From the IMG/VR virus record IMGVR_UViG_3300025678_000009, positions 17,698-81,697 of that record: a stretch of 64,000 nt of DNA; one strand, written 5' to 3'. The notes under the pieces were generated by a model. That model ran no database searches, was not told the origin of the DNA, and saw only the letters and a program-made list of their open reading frames with translations. This DNA is from a virus (Duplodnaviria; Caudoviricetes). Numbering within the stretch: position 1 is the first letter of the stretch; each line of letters starts with the position of its first letter. A program made the translations under genes and the position numbers. Positions 26,813-37,405 of this stretch are shown piece by piece.

Positions 26813-28101
26813 ATTATTTAAAAATATCCAATAAAGGATTATTAGATATAGAAGCTCTTACGTTATTAGGGGCTTCTTCAAAAAGAGGTGATAGTACAAA
26901 AATAGGAATGTTTGGTAGTGGGAATAAATTTGCTTTAGCTTATTTATTAAGGAATAATTATAATATAAAAATATTTAGTGGAAAGAATGAAATCAAATTG
27001 TCAACTGTTCAAAAAAGATTCAGAGATAAAGATTTTAATGTTATTTTGGTAAATGGTAAAGAAACATCTATAACTACTGATTTTGGAAAAGACTGGAATT
27101 TAGCACAAGCTATTAGAGAGATATATTGTAATTCTATAGATGAAGGAGAACACACTTTAGAATTTGTAAAAGATGTTATACTGGAAGACAATAAAACATC
27201 TTTTTATATAAAATCACAACCAGAAATTACTAATTATATTTCCAATTTTGATAATTATTTTGCAGAAAATAAAAAAGTATTATTTGAATGTCCCTATGGT
27301 AAAATTTTAGAAAAAGGAGGAGATAAATTAAATTTATATAGAAAAGGTATTAGATGTATGGAAACGGATAAACAATCTATATATGATTATGATTTAACAG
27401 AAGTTGAAATTGATGAAAATAGATTAGTTAAATATACTTGGCAAATAGCTTCTAAAATATGGAATTTGATATACCAATGTACAAATAAAGAAGTAATTAT
27501 GAACATTTTGACTAATTGTTCAAATAATCAATTTATAGAATGTATACCTTCCGACTTTCAATCTGTTAATAATTCTTTAATGTCCAAAGAATATAAAGAA
27601 TGTTTGAAAAATGTTACAATAGCTCCAAGAGCTATGGCAGGTCTATTATCTATAGAAGAACAGGCATCAAGTGTTATTTTACCTGATACAATCTATAATC
27701 ATGCCCTTAGTATTTTAGACAATAATAATATTGCTTCTAAATTTAAAATTTATAAAGACGGTTTTTATGTAGAAATACCTATGACTCCTTTATACCAATC
27801 TTCTTTGGAAAAAGCAATTGATTTTTTTGTAGAATGTAACTATAAAGAAGTATTAGATTACGATATAATCATAGCAAGATTTGAAAAAAAAGATATATTA
27901 GGATTAGCAGATATCCAAAATCAAAAAATTTTATTATCTGAAATTTGTATGGAAAGTGGATTACAAACTATAATAGAAACGCTTATAGAAGAATATATTC
28001 ATTTAAAATACGAAGTAAAAGACGAAACAAGAGGGTTTCAAGATGCAACTATAAAAGAATTAGTTAAATTGTTAAAAGTAAAAAATAGTTATTTAATTTA
28101 A
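26809..28101 (+). CDS. GHKL/HATPase-fold ATPase with C-terminal peptidase-like motif
   Basis: IGMFGSGNKFA, REIYCNSIDEG and TLIEEYIH. Confidence 0.65.
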   Translation: MNYLKISNKGLLDIEALTLLGASSKRGDSTKIGMFGSGNKFALAYLLRNNYNIKIFSGKNEIKLSTVQKRFRDKDFNVILVNGKETSITTDFGKDWNLAQAIREIYCNSIDEGEHTLEFVKDVILEDNKTSFYIKSQPEITNYISNFDNYFAENKKVLFECPYGKILEKGGDKLNLYRKGIRCMETDKQSIYDYDLTEVEIDENRLVKYTWQIASKIWNLIYQCTNKEVIMNILTNCSNNQFIECIPSDFQSVNNSLMSKEYKECLKNVTIAPRAMAGLLSIEEQASSVILPDTIYNHALSILDNNNIASKFKIYKDGFYVEIPMTPLYQSSLEKAIDFFVECNYKEVLDYDIIIARFEKKDILGLADIQNQKILLSEICMESGLQTIIETLIEEYIHLKYEVKDETRGFQDATIKELVKLLKVKNSYLI

Positions 28102-28286
28102 AATAAAATAAAATGTCAAAGATTAAAATTACAGAAGAACAAATTGAAATTAATGGTAAAACATATAAAAGTACCCATAAATTTTGAAAATTCTCAAAAT
28201 TCATATAGATATGGAAATGGAGAAGGAAATGGAAATGGATATGGATATGAAAGACAAATAATTTTTTAAAAAAATCAATAATTACA

Positions 28287-28320
28287 ATAAAGGACAAATT
28301 TTATTAAATTTGTCCTTTAT
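28287..28320. terminator. 15-bp perfect hairpin
   Basis: ATAAAGGACAAATTT / AAATTTGTCCTTTAT. Confidence 0.55.
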
Positions 28321-28345
28321 TATATTTTTTATAAAAATTAAACTT

Positions 28346-30358
28346 ATGAATTATATAATAACAAAAACACCTGAATATTTTAAAAAAATAAGTGATTATA
28401 ATTTTTGTCTTTTAGAAGATATGATATTACCTAATATTATAGCTATAGACACAGAAACTACTGATTTAAAACCTATATTAGGAGATATATTCGCAATTCA
28501 AATAGGTACAGGTACTAATAATTATTTAATACATTGTTATAATGATAATTTTAAACCAGAAGAAATATTTCCTTTTATAAAAGATAAAATATTAATAGGT
28601 CACAATATTACATTCGATTTAGGATTTTTTTATAAATATGGATTTTATCCTAATAAGGTAAAAGATACTTTCATAGCATCTAAAATTCTTTACAATGGAT
28701 TAAAAGAATATAGACATGATTTTGGTTCAGTATTTGAGAGAGAATTAAATATAAATTATGATAAATCCGAACAAAAAAATATTAATAAAATTAAATTATC
28801 TACTACTAAATCTATTCAATATTGTTTTAATGATGTAGATAAATTAATTGAATTACATAATTTTCTAGAAAAAAAGATAATTGATAAAGGTTATTTTGAA
28901 ACTTATAATTTACATTGTGAATATATTAAAGCATTAGCTTATATGGAACAATGTGGAGTTCCTTTATCTAAAGATAAATGGCAACAAAAGATTAATTCAG
29001 ATAAAATAATTTTAGAAGAAAAAGAAAAAATAGTAAGTAATTATATATTAAATAATCTTCCTCAATTTCAAGAAAAACAATTAAATTTATTTAATTCTGA
29101 ACCTAAATTAAATATAGATTTATCTTCTCCTATACAAATGCTTTTTGTTTTCCAATCTCTTAAAATAAATTGTATAGATGATGAAAATAAAAATTCTATT
29201 TCAGAAAATGTAATAAGAAAAACTAAACATGAATTTGTAGATATTTGGTTAGAATATCAATCTGCTAAACATGATGTTACAACTTTTGGTGAAAATATTT
29301 TTGAAAAAGTGATTGATGAAAGAATTTATACAAGTTATAATCCTATATTAGATACTGCAAGAATTTCTTCAAGGAAAGGAGATGTAAATACACTTAATTT
29401 ACCTGCAAATCAACGTACAAGAGAATGTATAGAAGCTAAACCTGGATTTAAAATGATTGTAGCTGATTATGAAGGACAGGAAACAAGAGTAGGAGCAGAT
29501 ATTACAGGAGATGAAGCTATGATAGATAGTATTATTAATGGATCTGATTTACATTGTGCTTTTGCAAAAGTTTTGTTTCCTGAACTTCAATTTTTAAGTG
29601 ATGAAGAAATTATTAAAAATCATAAAGAAAAAAGAACAGCAGCTAAAGCTCCCAGATTTGCTTTTGCCTATGGAGCAAATGCTTATACTATTCATGTAAA
29701 TGAAGGGATTCCTCTTAAAGAAGCTCAAAAAATAGAAGATGCCTATAAACAATTACATTCTGGTATTTATAAATATGGAGATAAAAAATTAAAAGAAGCT
29801 ATTGAATTAGGTTATATAGAATCTACAATGGGATTTAAATTACATCTTTTTGATTTTCAAAGATTTAAAAATCTTCAAAATAAAATAAGTCAATTTTCTA
29901 AAAAAGAATGGGAATCTTATAAAAAAGGTAAGGAAGAATATCAAAAATTAGAAAAAGCTAAAGAACAAAGAAAACTCTATAATATAAATGATGAAAATTC
30001 TTATGATTTTTACTTAAAAAATAGAAGTTTAATTTCTAAATTTTTTAAATTAAAATCTCAATATTATAGACTTTGTTTAAATAATCCTACACAAACAACT
30101 GCTGCTCATCAAACTAAATTAGCAGCTTGTATGCTTTTTGATTTTATAAAAGAAAATAATCATTTAAATAAAGCAAAGATTTGTATAATACCTCATGATG
30201 AATTTGTAATGGAAGTTCAAGAAGATTTATCAGAGTTATATAAAGAAAAATTAGGATATTTTATGAGAGAAGCAGGTAATAAATTAATTAAAAATCCATT
30301 AATAAAAATGAGTGCAGAAGCTAATATAGGTAATAATTGGTATTCTGCAAAAGGATAA
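28346..30358 (+). CDS. polA: family A DNA polymerase with 3'-5' exonuclease
   Basis: IDTET; motif A ADYEGQETR; motif B RTAAKAPRFAFAYG; motif C PHDE. Confidence 0.92.
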   Translation: MNYIITKTPEYFKKISDYNFCLLEDMILPNIIAIDTETTDLKPILGDIFAIQIGTGTNNYLIHCYNDNFKPEEIFPFIKDKILIGHNITFDLGFFYKYGFYPNKVKDTFIASKILYNGLKEYRHDFGSVFERELNINYDKSEQKNINKIKLSTTKSIQYCFNDVDKLIELHNFLEKKIIDKGYFETYNLHCEYIKALAYMEQCGVPLSKDKWQQKINSDKIILEEKEKIVSNYILNNLPQFQEKQLNLFNSEPKLNIDLSSPIQMLFVFQSLKINCIDDENKNSISENVIRKTKHEFVDIWLEYQSAKHDVTTFGENIFEKVIDERIYTSYNPILDTARISSRKGDVNTLNLPANQRTRECIEAKPGFKMIVADYEGQETRVGADITGDEAMIDSIINGSDLHCAFAKVLFPELQFLSDEEIIKNHKEKRTAAKAPRFAFAYGANAYTIHVNEGIPLKEAQKIEDAYKQLHSGIYKYGDKKLKEAIELGYIESTMGFKLHLFDFQRFKNLQNKISQFSKKEWESYKKGKEEYQKLEKAKEQRKLYNINDENSYDFYLKNRSLISKFFKLKSQYYRLCLNNPTQTTAAHQTKLAACMLFDFIKENNHLNKAKICIIPHDEFVMEVQEDLSELYKEKLGYFMREAGNKLIKNPLIKMSAEANIGNNWYSAKG

Positions 30359-30409
30359 AATTTTAACTTATATCTTGGTTTTTTGTAAAATAATTTGTAC
30401 CTTGTATTG

Positions 30410-31342
30410 ATGAAATATACTACTGAAACTTTTATAACTAAAATTACAGAATTAGATAAAAAATTTAATAAAAATTACGATTATAGTAAATTCCAATATT
30501 TAGGTACACATAAAAAATCTGTTATTATTTGTCCTATTCATGGAGAATTTTTAATGAATCCTAATAATAGATTAAATGGTCAAGATTGTTATCATTGTGG
30601 TAAAATAAAAAACATTAAACCATTAGAGACTAGATTTGCTAATTTTTTAAAAGTTGTTAAAGCCCAAGATCAAAAAAATAATTTAGTTTATGATTATAGC
30701 AAATTTATCTATAAAAATTCTCATACTAAAGGCATTATAGTTTGTAATTTACATGGGGAGTTTAAAATGGCAGCTAAACATAGAATACAAGGACATAAAT
30801 GTAAAAAATGTGCTTTAATTACTAAAAAATCAGTTGCTATATCTTCTGAAGAGTGGATTAAAAGATTTCAAAAAGTTCACAAACAAAAATATACATATCC
30901 TCAAATAATACATAATGGAAGAAAGAAAATTCCAATTTTTTGTAAACTACACGGAATTTTTAATCAATGTCCCGAATCTCATGCAAAAGGTAATGGATGT
31001 AAAAAATGCTCTCAACTTTTATGTACATTTCGGAAAAAAGATTGGATTAAAAAAGCTAATGGAAAACAAGGAACATTTTATATTTTAAAATGTTGGAATG
31101 AAAATGAAGAATTTTATAAGGTAGGAATTACATTTAATGGAGTTAAAATTAGATATCATATGAAAAATTCTATTACTTATAAGTATAAAGTTATTAAAGA
31201 AGAAATATCTTCAGATCTTTCTTATATTTGGGATAAAGAAAAACAAACAATAAAAAAATTACAAAAATTTCATTACACACCTTTGCTTCCTTTTCAAGGT
31301 AGTTATTCAGAATGTTTTTCTGAAATAAAGCAATTGGTATGA
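30410..31342 (+). CDS. putative homing endonuclease (DUF723-like Zn-ribbon repeats plus GIY-YIG-like C-terminus)
   Basis: three YDYSK...CxxHGxF...CxxC repeats and FYKVGIT; own promoter-like box. Confidence 0.7.
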   Translation: MKYTTETFITKITELDKKFNKNYDYSKFQYLGTHKKSVIICPIHGEFLMNPNNRLNGQDCYHCGKIKNIKPLETRFANFLKVVKAQDQKNNLVYDYSKFIYKNSHTKGIIVCNLHGEFKMAAKHRIQGHKCKKCALITKKSVAISSEEWIKRFQKVHKQKYTYPQIIHNGRKKIPIFCKLHGIFNQCPESHAKGNGCKKCSQLLCTFRKKDWIKKANGKQGTFYILKCWNENEEFYKVGITFNGVKIRYHMKNSITYKYKVIKEEISSDLSYIWDKEKQTIKKLQKFHYTPLLPFQGSYSECFSEIKQLV

Positions 31343-31363
31343 AGCTAAATAAAATAATTATAT

Positions 31364-31831
31364 ATGAATAAATTTAAATTTTTAAAAACTTATTTTTCGC
31401 CATTCAAAAGAATAAGACCTATATTTTATATAGGAAAAATTAGATATGGCACTCCTTATTTTTTCCCTCGCAGATGGGTAAAAAATAAAGAAAAGCCTGG
31501 ATATTTAAAGGCTATCCCTAAAAAAATAGGATTTGATTTTGTGGGATTAGGTTGGAAAACTAAATGGGAATATAATGATTACAGATTTGAATGGAATCCT
31601 GTTTGGTCTTTTGTATTTTTTAAGTGGCAAATAGCTTTAATATTTGCTCCAAAAGAAGATAAAAATCATTATTGGGAATGTTGGTTAGCTTATGAATTAT
31701 CTACAGATAAAACCAAATCTGTACAAGAAAGACTGGAAGAGGCTAAAAAAATATTTCCTTGTGTTTGGACTTCATACTATAAAGATAATTATAAAGAAAC
31801 AATATGTTATTGGGATAAAATTTTAAAATAA
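31364..31831 (+). CDS. hypothetical protein
   Basis: 155-aa Trp-rich ORF. Confidence 0.65.
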   Translation: MNKFKFLKTYFSPFKRIRPIFYIGKIRYGTPYFFPRRWVKNKEKPGYLKAIPKKIGFDFVGLGWKTKWEYNDYRFEWNPVWSFVFFKWQIALIFAPKEDKNHYWECWLAYELSTDKTKSVQERLEEAKKIFPCVWTSYYKDNYKETICYWDKILK

Positions 31832-32403
31832 TGAAATACGAATTAATAAACAATATTTTAAATAGTCCAATTACTTTATTGGACTATTTAATTTTAGAAT
31901 GTATAAAAGAAGATAATGCTGAAAAATTTTTAAAAAACAAAAAATATGATGAACATTTTAACTTTCTAAGAAAATTAGAATTAATTTCTAATAACAATAA
32001 ATTAACTTTAAAAGGTAAACAATTATATAATGATTTAAACATATTTAATGAATCTTCTGATTTTTATTTCAAAATACATAAATCTTTACAGGATGAATTA
32101 TTAAATCTAACAGGAAAGAAACAAAAAATGCTCCAAGGGAAATATGGATTTTTACCTACCGAAAATGATTTAAAGTTACGTTTACAGAAAGTTATTAAAA
32201 AATATAACTTAACAGATGAAAAAAAGATAAAAGAAGTTTTAATTTCATATGTTAGAAGATGCGTAAAAGAAAAATTTGGATATGTACAGACTATAGGGTA
32301 TTATATTTTAAAAGACGATATGTCTAATTTTGTAACAGATTATGAAAATTATATAGAAATAAAACAAGAAGAACAAGATGAATTTACAGGAATCAACGTT
32401 TGA
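31831..32403 (+). CDS. hypothetical protein upstream of helicase, possible loader or initiator
   Basis: position in replication operon. Confidence 0.6.
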   Translation: MKYELINNILNSPITLLDYLILECIKEDNAEKFLKNKKYDEHFNFLRKLELISNNNKLTLKGKQLYNDLNIFNESSDFYFKIHKSLQDELLNLTGKKQKMLQGKYGFLPTENDLKLRLQKVIKKYNLTDEKKIKEVLISYVRRCVKEKFGYVQTIGYYILKDDMSNFVTDYENYIEIKQEEQDEFTGINV

Positions 32404-33481
32404 TTTATTACAAAAAGAGATAGATTTAGGTATAAATGGAAAAAATCAAGCCATATCTATAGGATTAAAAAGATTAGGAAAATATGCTAATATAAGACCA
32501 AGAATTTTAACACTATTATTTTCTACAACAGGTGCAGGAAAATCAAGTCTAATGGATACTATTATACTAAATGCTTGTGATTCTCATATGACTTCCCCTA
32601 ATTCTTATAATTTAAAACCTGATTTTCAATTATTTAGTATGGAAAGGTCTAAAATATTACGTATTGCTAAATGGACTTCATATATCATATTCAAAAATGA
32701 AGGTATAGAAATTCCAGTACCTAAATTATTAGGATGGTGGGATGAAAAACTTTCTAAAGCAGAATATTCTCTTGTTTTAAGTCAAAAAGAATATATGGAT
32801 CAAATGTTAAATGATTATATAGATATTTATGAAGGAGCAAAATCCCCCAATGAATTTTATTCTATTATGAAAACTCATCTTGAATCAAAAGGAAAGTATG
32901 ATAAAGTTATTAAAAATAAAAAAGAAATTAAAATTTATGAAAAAAATAATCCTAATGAAATAGTAATTCCTGTAATAGATCATGGTAATTTAATTAAAAC
33001 TACTCAAGTATTACCCTCTAAGAAACAAGCAATTGATAAAACAGTAGAAATGGTACAAGGATTTAGAGACCTTGAGGAATGTTCTCCTTTTTGGGTAGCA
33101 CAAGTAAATAGAAGTATTTCTTCTGTAAGTAGAACAAAAGATAATGAACATGAATTAATGTTAGAGGATGTGAAAGAATCTGGAGATGTAGGGGATGCAT
33201 GTGATTTAGCTATGAGTTTATTTGACCCTATTAAATATGGACAATCCTCTAAAACAGGTTACAAGCCAATAGATTTTATAGATAAAACAGATGGTTCTAA
33301 CTATTTCAGGTCAATACAAATTTTAAAATCTACTTATGGACAGGATTCTCTTAGAATACCTTTAGCATTTAATGGCTTTTGTGGACAATTCAAAGAATTA
33401 CCTAAAAGAAACTCTATTTCCGAAACAGAATATCCCCAATTTATAGAAAACATTTTAAATAAATCATATTTTTTAACATGA
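32378..33481 (+). CDS. DnaB-like replicative helicase
   Basis: STTGAGKSS, VIDHG, VAQVNR and LEDVKESGD. Confidence 0.8.
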   Translation: MNLQESTFDLLQKEIDLGINGKNQAISIGLKRLGKYANIRPRILTLLFSTTGAGKSSLMDTIILNACDSHMTSPNSYNLKPDFQLFSMERSKILRIAKWTSYIIFKNEGIEIPVPKLLGWWDEKLSKAEYSLVLSQKEYMDQMLNDYIDIYEGAKSPNEFYSIMKTHLESKGKYDKVIKNKKEIKIYEKNNPNEIVIPVIDHGNLIKTTQVLPSKKQAIDKTVEMVQGFRDLEECSPFWVAQVNRSISSVSRTKDNEHELMLEDVKESGDVGDACDLAMSLFDPIKYGQSSKTGYKPIDFIDKTDGSNYFRSIQILKSTYGQDSLRIPLAFNGFCGQFKELPKRNSISETEYPQFIENILNKSYFLT

Positions 33482-33651
33482 TAGAGATAATATTAATACT
33501 GATATTTATAGAACTAATTTTTTCACCAAGGGTAGATATAACAAAGAATAAAGATGTTCTATTATGGTACGGAAAAACGAAAAGAAAATACATAAAGTTA
33601 TTTTAACACACAAAACAAAAATATTTTGTATTTTTACAAAAAAATTAAATT

Positions 33652-34593
33652 ATGTCAGAAACAAAAAAGTTTAGTAGATTACCACTCAATGAAAAAGGTG
33701 AATTAATTAAAGGGGAATGTTCTTTAAAATCACCTACAAATCTTGTCTTTATTTCTCAAAAAAAGACAGGAAAGACATTAACTGCTGTAAATCAACCCAA
33801 GATTTTAATTGCTGATTGCGAAGGAGGAACAAAAGATTTTGGTTTTCCTGTAAACAATCAAGTAAACGTATTAAAATATGAAGGGGAAGAAGCATTTAAA
33901 AAAACAAATAAATATGGATGGCTTCCAATGGGATTATTTCAACTTGTAGATGAATTGAAACAAGCTAATGACATGACTACTTATTGGATATTATTTAATG
34001 AATTTGATGACAAAAAAGACAAAGTTACTTATGAAGCTCTTGTTAAACACATTAATAAAATGCCGTTCCCAATACTTATGTTAGATACAATTACTTCTTT
34101 TATTGAAGTATCTAATTCAGCAGCTTTACATGAATACAATCAAAATGTAAAGCCTGAAAGTAAAAAAACTGATATTAAAAGGGTCGATGAATACGGGGGG
34201 GTACGCCTCATAAGACGTAAGTTTGAAGAAGTTAAGTTATTTGTAGAACAAAATGCAGCACCTTTTATTATTTTTGCAGGGCATATTGCAGAAAAAAAGA
34301 AAGTATTTAAAAAATCGGAAGAAGATATATCTACAGTGGATATTGATTTGGAAGGAGTTTTAAGTAAAATATTTACGGTGAAAGCATCAGCAATTGGGAT
34401 ATTCCAAAGAACTAACGAAGGTTGTTTTTTAGACTTTACTAAAAGAGATGAGTCAGATTTAGGGGTACGAAACGCTCACCTATCTAATAAAACAATTAAG
34501 ATAGCAGATTTTATTACTTCAGAAGAATTGGTTCAAGGTAAAACCCCCAAAACTTATTGGGGTACAATTTATCCAGAAATAGAATTTAAATAA
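33652..34593 (+). CDS. AAA_24/Sak4-like ATPase
   Basis: QKKTGKT, ADCEGGT, LDTIT and FAGH. Confidence 0.75.
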   Translation: MSETKKFSRLPLNEKGELIKGECSLKSPTNLVFISQKKTGKTLTAVNQPKILIADCEGGTKDFGFPVNNQVNVLKYEGEEAFKKTNKYGWLPMGLFQLVDELKQANDMTTYWILFNEFDDKKDKVTYEALVKHINKMPFPILMLDTITSFIEVSNSAALHEYNQNVKPESKKTDIKRVDEYGGVRLIRRKFEEVKLFVEQNAAPFIIFAGHIAEKKKVFKKSEEDISTVDIDLEGVLSKIFTVKASAIGIFQRTNEGCFLDFTKRDESDLGVRNAHLSNKTIKIADFITSEELVQGKTPKTYWGTIYPEIEFK

Positions 34594-34599
34594 ATAAAA

Positions 34600-35592
34600 A
34601 TGAAAGTTAACAAAGGAAACGACAGCAAAGAAAAAACACTCTACACAGGCGTAGGTTTAGTAACACCTCTGATTTTTAACCCAGATCGCCAGACTTTAGA
34701 TAAAATTTTAGGCATAGAAAGAGATGAAGATTATGAACAAAAGCCTGAATTTGAATATGTGAAAGATGATGCAGTAGTAAAAGTTAAGAGAAAGAATGAA
34801 GAAGGGGAGGAATTTGATGAAGAAGTTGAAACTAAGAGATTAAATGTAACAGTTTGGGTTAGAGAAACTAAAACAGATGAGGTATTTCCAATTAATTTTA
34901 CTTTGTATGATATTGACGATGTGTCTTCTACAGGAAAAACTAAATATATTACTCAACATGGTAAATCTACTTACATTGATAGTGAATCTAATTTGCCTGA
35001 TTGGTTTAAATTTACTCCAGGTAAGAAGAAAATGGCTCTTAATTATAGAATAGCAAAAAGAGGAGAAACAGCATTGTTAGAATTTTTAGCTAAATGGACT
35101 AATATTTCTCCATTTGATATTGAGAGTTCATTATTTCCTGAAAATTCTAAAAAGTTTTGGAATGGTGACATGAAAGAATTGAATAGCCTTCTTTTAGATT
35201 TTGGTGATTCTTCTGTAATGGCTCAATTCGGAGTTAGAAGCAAGGAAGTAGAACAAGAGGATGGTTCTACAGAAACTAAAGAATACCAAACAATTAGTAC
35301 TAAAGCATTTGCAAGTTCTAAATACATGAAATTCTTTAGAAATTATGCATCTAAAAATTTTGATGGATTATTGAAAGATGGAGATAATAAAAACTTTTTA
35401 TCTTTTGATACTAAAGCAAAAATTGGGGATGATTCTATGTATGAATTAGCTAATTTCTTAAATAATATTCACGGAGAATATGGAGATAACAGCTACACAG
35501 TTAATGAAGAAATTAGAGAATATCAATCAGAAGAAAATCCACTGAATCAAGAGAAATCTATTGTTAGTTCAGAAACAGATGCAGATTATTAA
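34600..35592 (+). CDS. putative single-stranded DNA-binding protein
   Basis: position after Sak4-like gene and acidic C-terminal tail. Confidence 0.45.
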   Translation: MKVNKGNDSKEKTLYTGVGLVTPLIFNPDRQTLDKILGIERDEDYEQKPEFEYVKDDAVVKVKRKNEEGEEFDEEVETKRLNVTVWVRETKTDEVFPINFTLYDIDDVSSTGKTKYITQHGKSTYIDSESNLPDWFKFTPGKKKMALNYRIAKRGETALLEFLAKWTNISPFDIESSLFPENSKKFWNGDMKELNSLLLDFGDSSVMAQFGVRSKEVEQEDGSTETKEYQTISTKAFASSKYMKFFRNYASKNFDGLLKDGDNKNFLSFDTKAKIGDDSMYELANFLNNIHGEYGDNSYTVNEEIREYQSEENPLNQEKSIVSSETDADY

Positions 35593-35615
35593 CAAGTTGA
35601 CATAATTTAATAATG

Positions 35616-35648
35616 AAGTCCTAACATTGATTTGTTAGGACTTTTTTT
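35616..35648 (+). terminator. intrinsic terminator
   Basis: AAGTCCTAACA/TGTTAGGACTT followed by T-tract. Confidence 0.75.
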
Positions 35649-35660
35649 AATTTTGTAAAT

Positions 35661-35867
35661 ATGGAAAAAGAAGAAATTTTAAACGATATTTCAGTAAGTA
35701 GCAGAATGAAAAATATTACTGAAGAAGAAAGAAAAATTATAGAATTTATTATAGATTATGCTTTTAAAGACTCTGAAAAAGTTTATACTAGTGGAACAAT
35801 ATTAGTTCCTTTATTTAGAGTATTAGATGGAATAACCCAAAAAGGAAAACCTTATTATGAAGGATAA
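35661..35867 (+). CDS. hypothetical protein
   Basis: 68-aa ORF. Confidence 0.6.
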   Translation: MEKEEILNDISVSSRMKNITEEERKIIEFIIDYAFKDSEKVYTSGTILVPLFRVLDGITQKGKPYYEG

Positions 35868-36856
35868 TGAAAGTAAAAAAACAAGTTGATTTAAAGGATT
35901 TAATATTTGAAAAAGTATCTCAAGAACAAATATTTAGATTTTATTATCCTTATGATTTTAAACTAAATCATTTATGTTTGAGTGCTTTTGTCAAAGAGAG
36001 AAACCCTTCTATGATTATAGGTACTAAATCACAAGATGGAGATATTATTTTTAAGTGTTTCAATAGTCATCATAAAGGAGATTGTATAGTTTTTGTTAAG
36101 GAATTGTTTAGTTTAGATTATCGAGAAGCACTTGAAAAGATTGCTAAAGATTTTGGGATTTTGGAAATAGACAATACTAGATATGAATCTATAATTAAAC
36201 AATTACCTATTTCTAAAATCACTAAAAAGAAAACTGCTCCAGATATTGTTGTTGCTACAAGAAGTTTCAATAATGAAGAACTGTCGTATTGGAATGATTA
36301 TTATCAAGATATAGAAGACTTAAAGAGAGAGCATATTTTTGTTCCTAAAAAAATTTGGGTCAATAAAGTACCTCTTATTTTAAAATCTACAGAATTGACA
36401 TTTTGTTATTATTACCCAGAAATAGACAAGTGGAAATTATACAAGCCATTTGCTCCAAAAGATAGAAAATGGATGGGTAATGTTCCACTACAAACTTCTT
36501 GGGGATTAGAAAATATAGATAAAGAACAAAATACTATAGTAACAAAAAGTCTAAAAGATTATATGATTGTCAGAAAGATTTATAATTATGTTGTAGGTGT
36601 TCAAAATGAATCCCTAGCTGCATTCTCAGAAGAATTTTCTAAAAATATAACTATAGGTAGTAAAAAAGTATATTATGCTGGAGATAGCGATATTCCTGGA
36701 AAAGCAGCAAGTTATTTAATTACAGAAAATTTTAAATGGAAACATCTTAATCCTCCAGATAAGTATTTGCCTGAAATAAAAGATTGGGCAGATTTAGCTA
36801 AAAACCAAGGGATAGAATATGTTTATAATCATTTTAAAAATAAAAATATCTTATGA
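35867..36856 (+). CDS. DNA primase (Toprim)
   Basis: ERNPS...CF...GDCIVFV N-terminal domain; TKSLKD, QNES and GDSDIPG. Confidence 0.8.
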   Translation: MKVKKQVDLKDLIFEKVSQEQIFRFYYPYDFKLNHLCLSAFVKERNPSMIIGTKSQDGDIIFKCFNSHHKGDCIVFVKELFSLDYREALEKIAKDFGILEIDNTRYESIIKQLPISKITKKKTAPDIVVATRSFNNEELSYWNDYYQDIEDLKREHIFVPKKIWVNKVPLILKSTELTFCYYYPEIDKWKLYKPFAPKDRKWMGNVPLQTSWGLENIDKEQNTIVTKSLKDYMIVRKIYNYVVGVQNESLAAFSEEFSKNITIGSKKVYYAGDSDIPGKAASYLITENFKWKHLNPPDKYLPEIKDWADLAKNQGIEYVYNHFKNKNIL

Positions 36857-36988
36857 CAGAAGAACAATTTATAAAATTTTTAAAAACTTATCCTTATGTA
36901 TTTGAAATTTTAAGCGAGAAACATAATGGAGATTTACCTCATTGGTTATTTAGATAATTAAAAGATAAATTAAAATAATGTTTTAAGT

Positions 36989-37405
36989 ATGAAAATAAAT
37001 TATATAGAATGTAAGGAATGCAGTGATGTATTATTTTCTTTCAATAGGCATGATTATAAACAATGTACTTGTGGAAAATCTTTTATAGATGGTGGTTGGG
37101 ATTATACTAGGTATTCAGGAGAATTAAAATCAGGAGAAATTAAAGATTTGATGCCTGAAATTAGAGAGCAGTTTAAATGGGGGCAAAATTATGATGAAAA
37201 TAATAATAGATTATATAAAACTATTTTCAAAAAACTAGAAGAATTAGATATACGTCACATCAACAACATTATAGAATATCTTTTAGAAAAAGGTAGTTCT
37301 AAAGATGAAGAAAATAATTTTGTTTATCGTAAGCAAATAATGGCATATATATTAATATTTATTTATGAATTGCAAAATAGATTAAAAAATGGAAAAGAAA
37401 TTTAA
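36989..37405 (+). CDS. Zn-binding conserved phage protein
   Basis: CKEC...RHDYKQCTCG..FIDGG.DY. Confidence 0.7.
   Translation: MKINYIECKECSDVLFSFNRHDYKQCTCGKSFIDGGWDYTRYSGELKSGEIKDLMPEIREQFKWGQNYDENNNRLYKTIFKKLEELDIRHINNIIEYLLEKGSSKDEENNFVYRKQIMAYILIFIYELQNRLKNGKEI

Noticed and set aside
28123-28270. GGAAAT/GGATAT 6-bp repeats (GNGEGNGNGYGY)
   Set aside because: This is a short frameshifted remnant of a Gly-rich phage ORF, too degraded to call.
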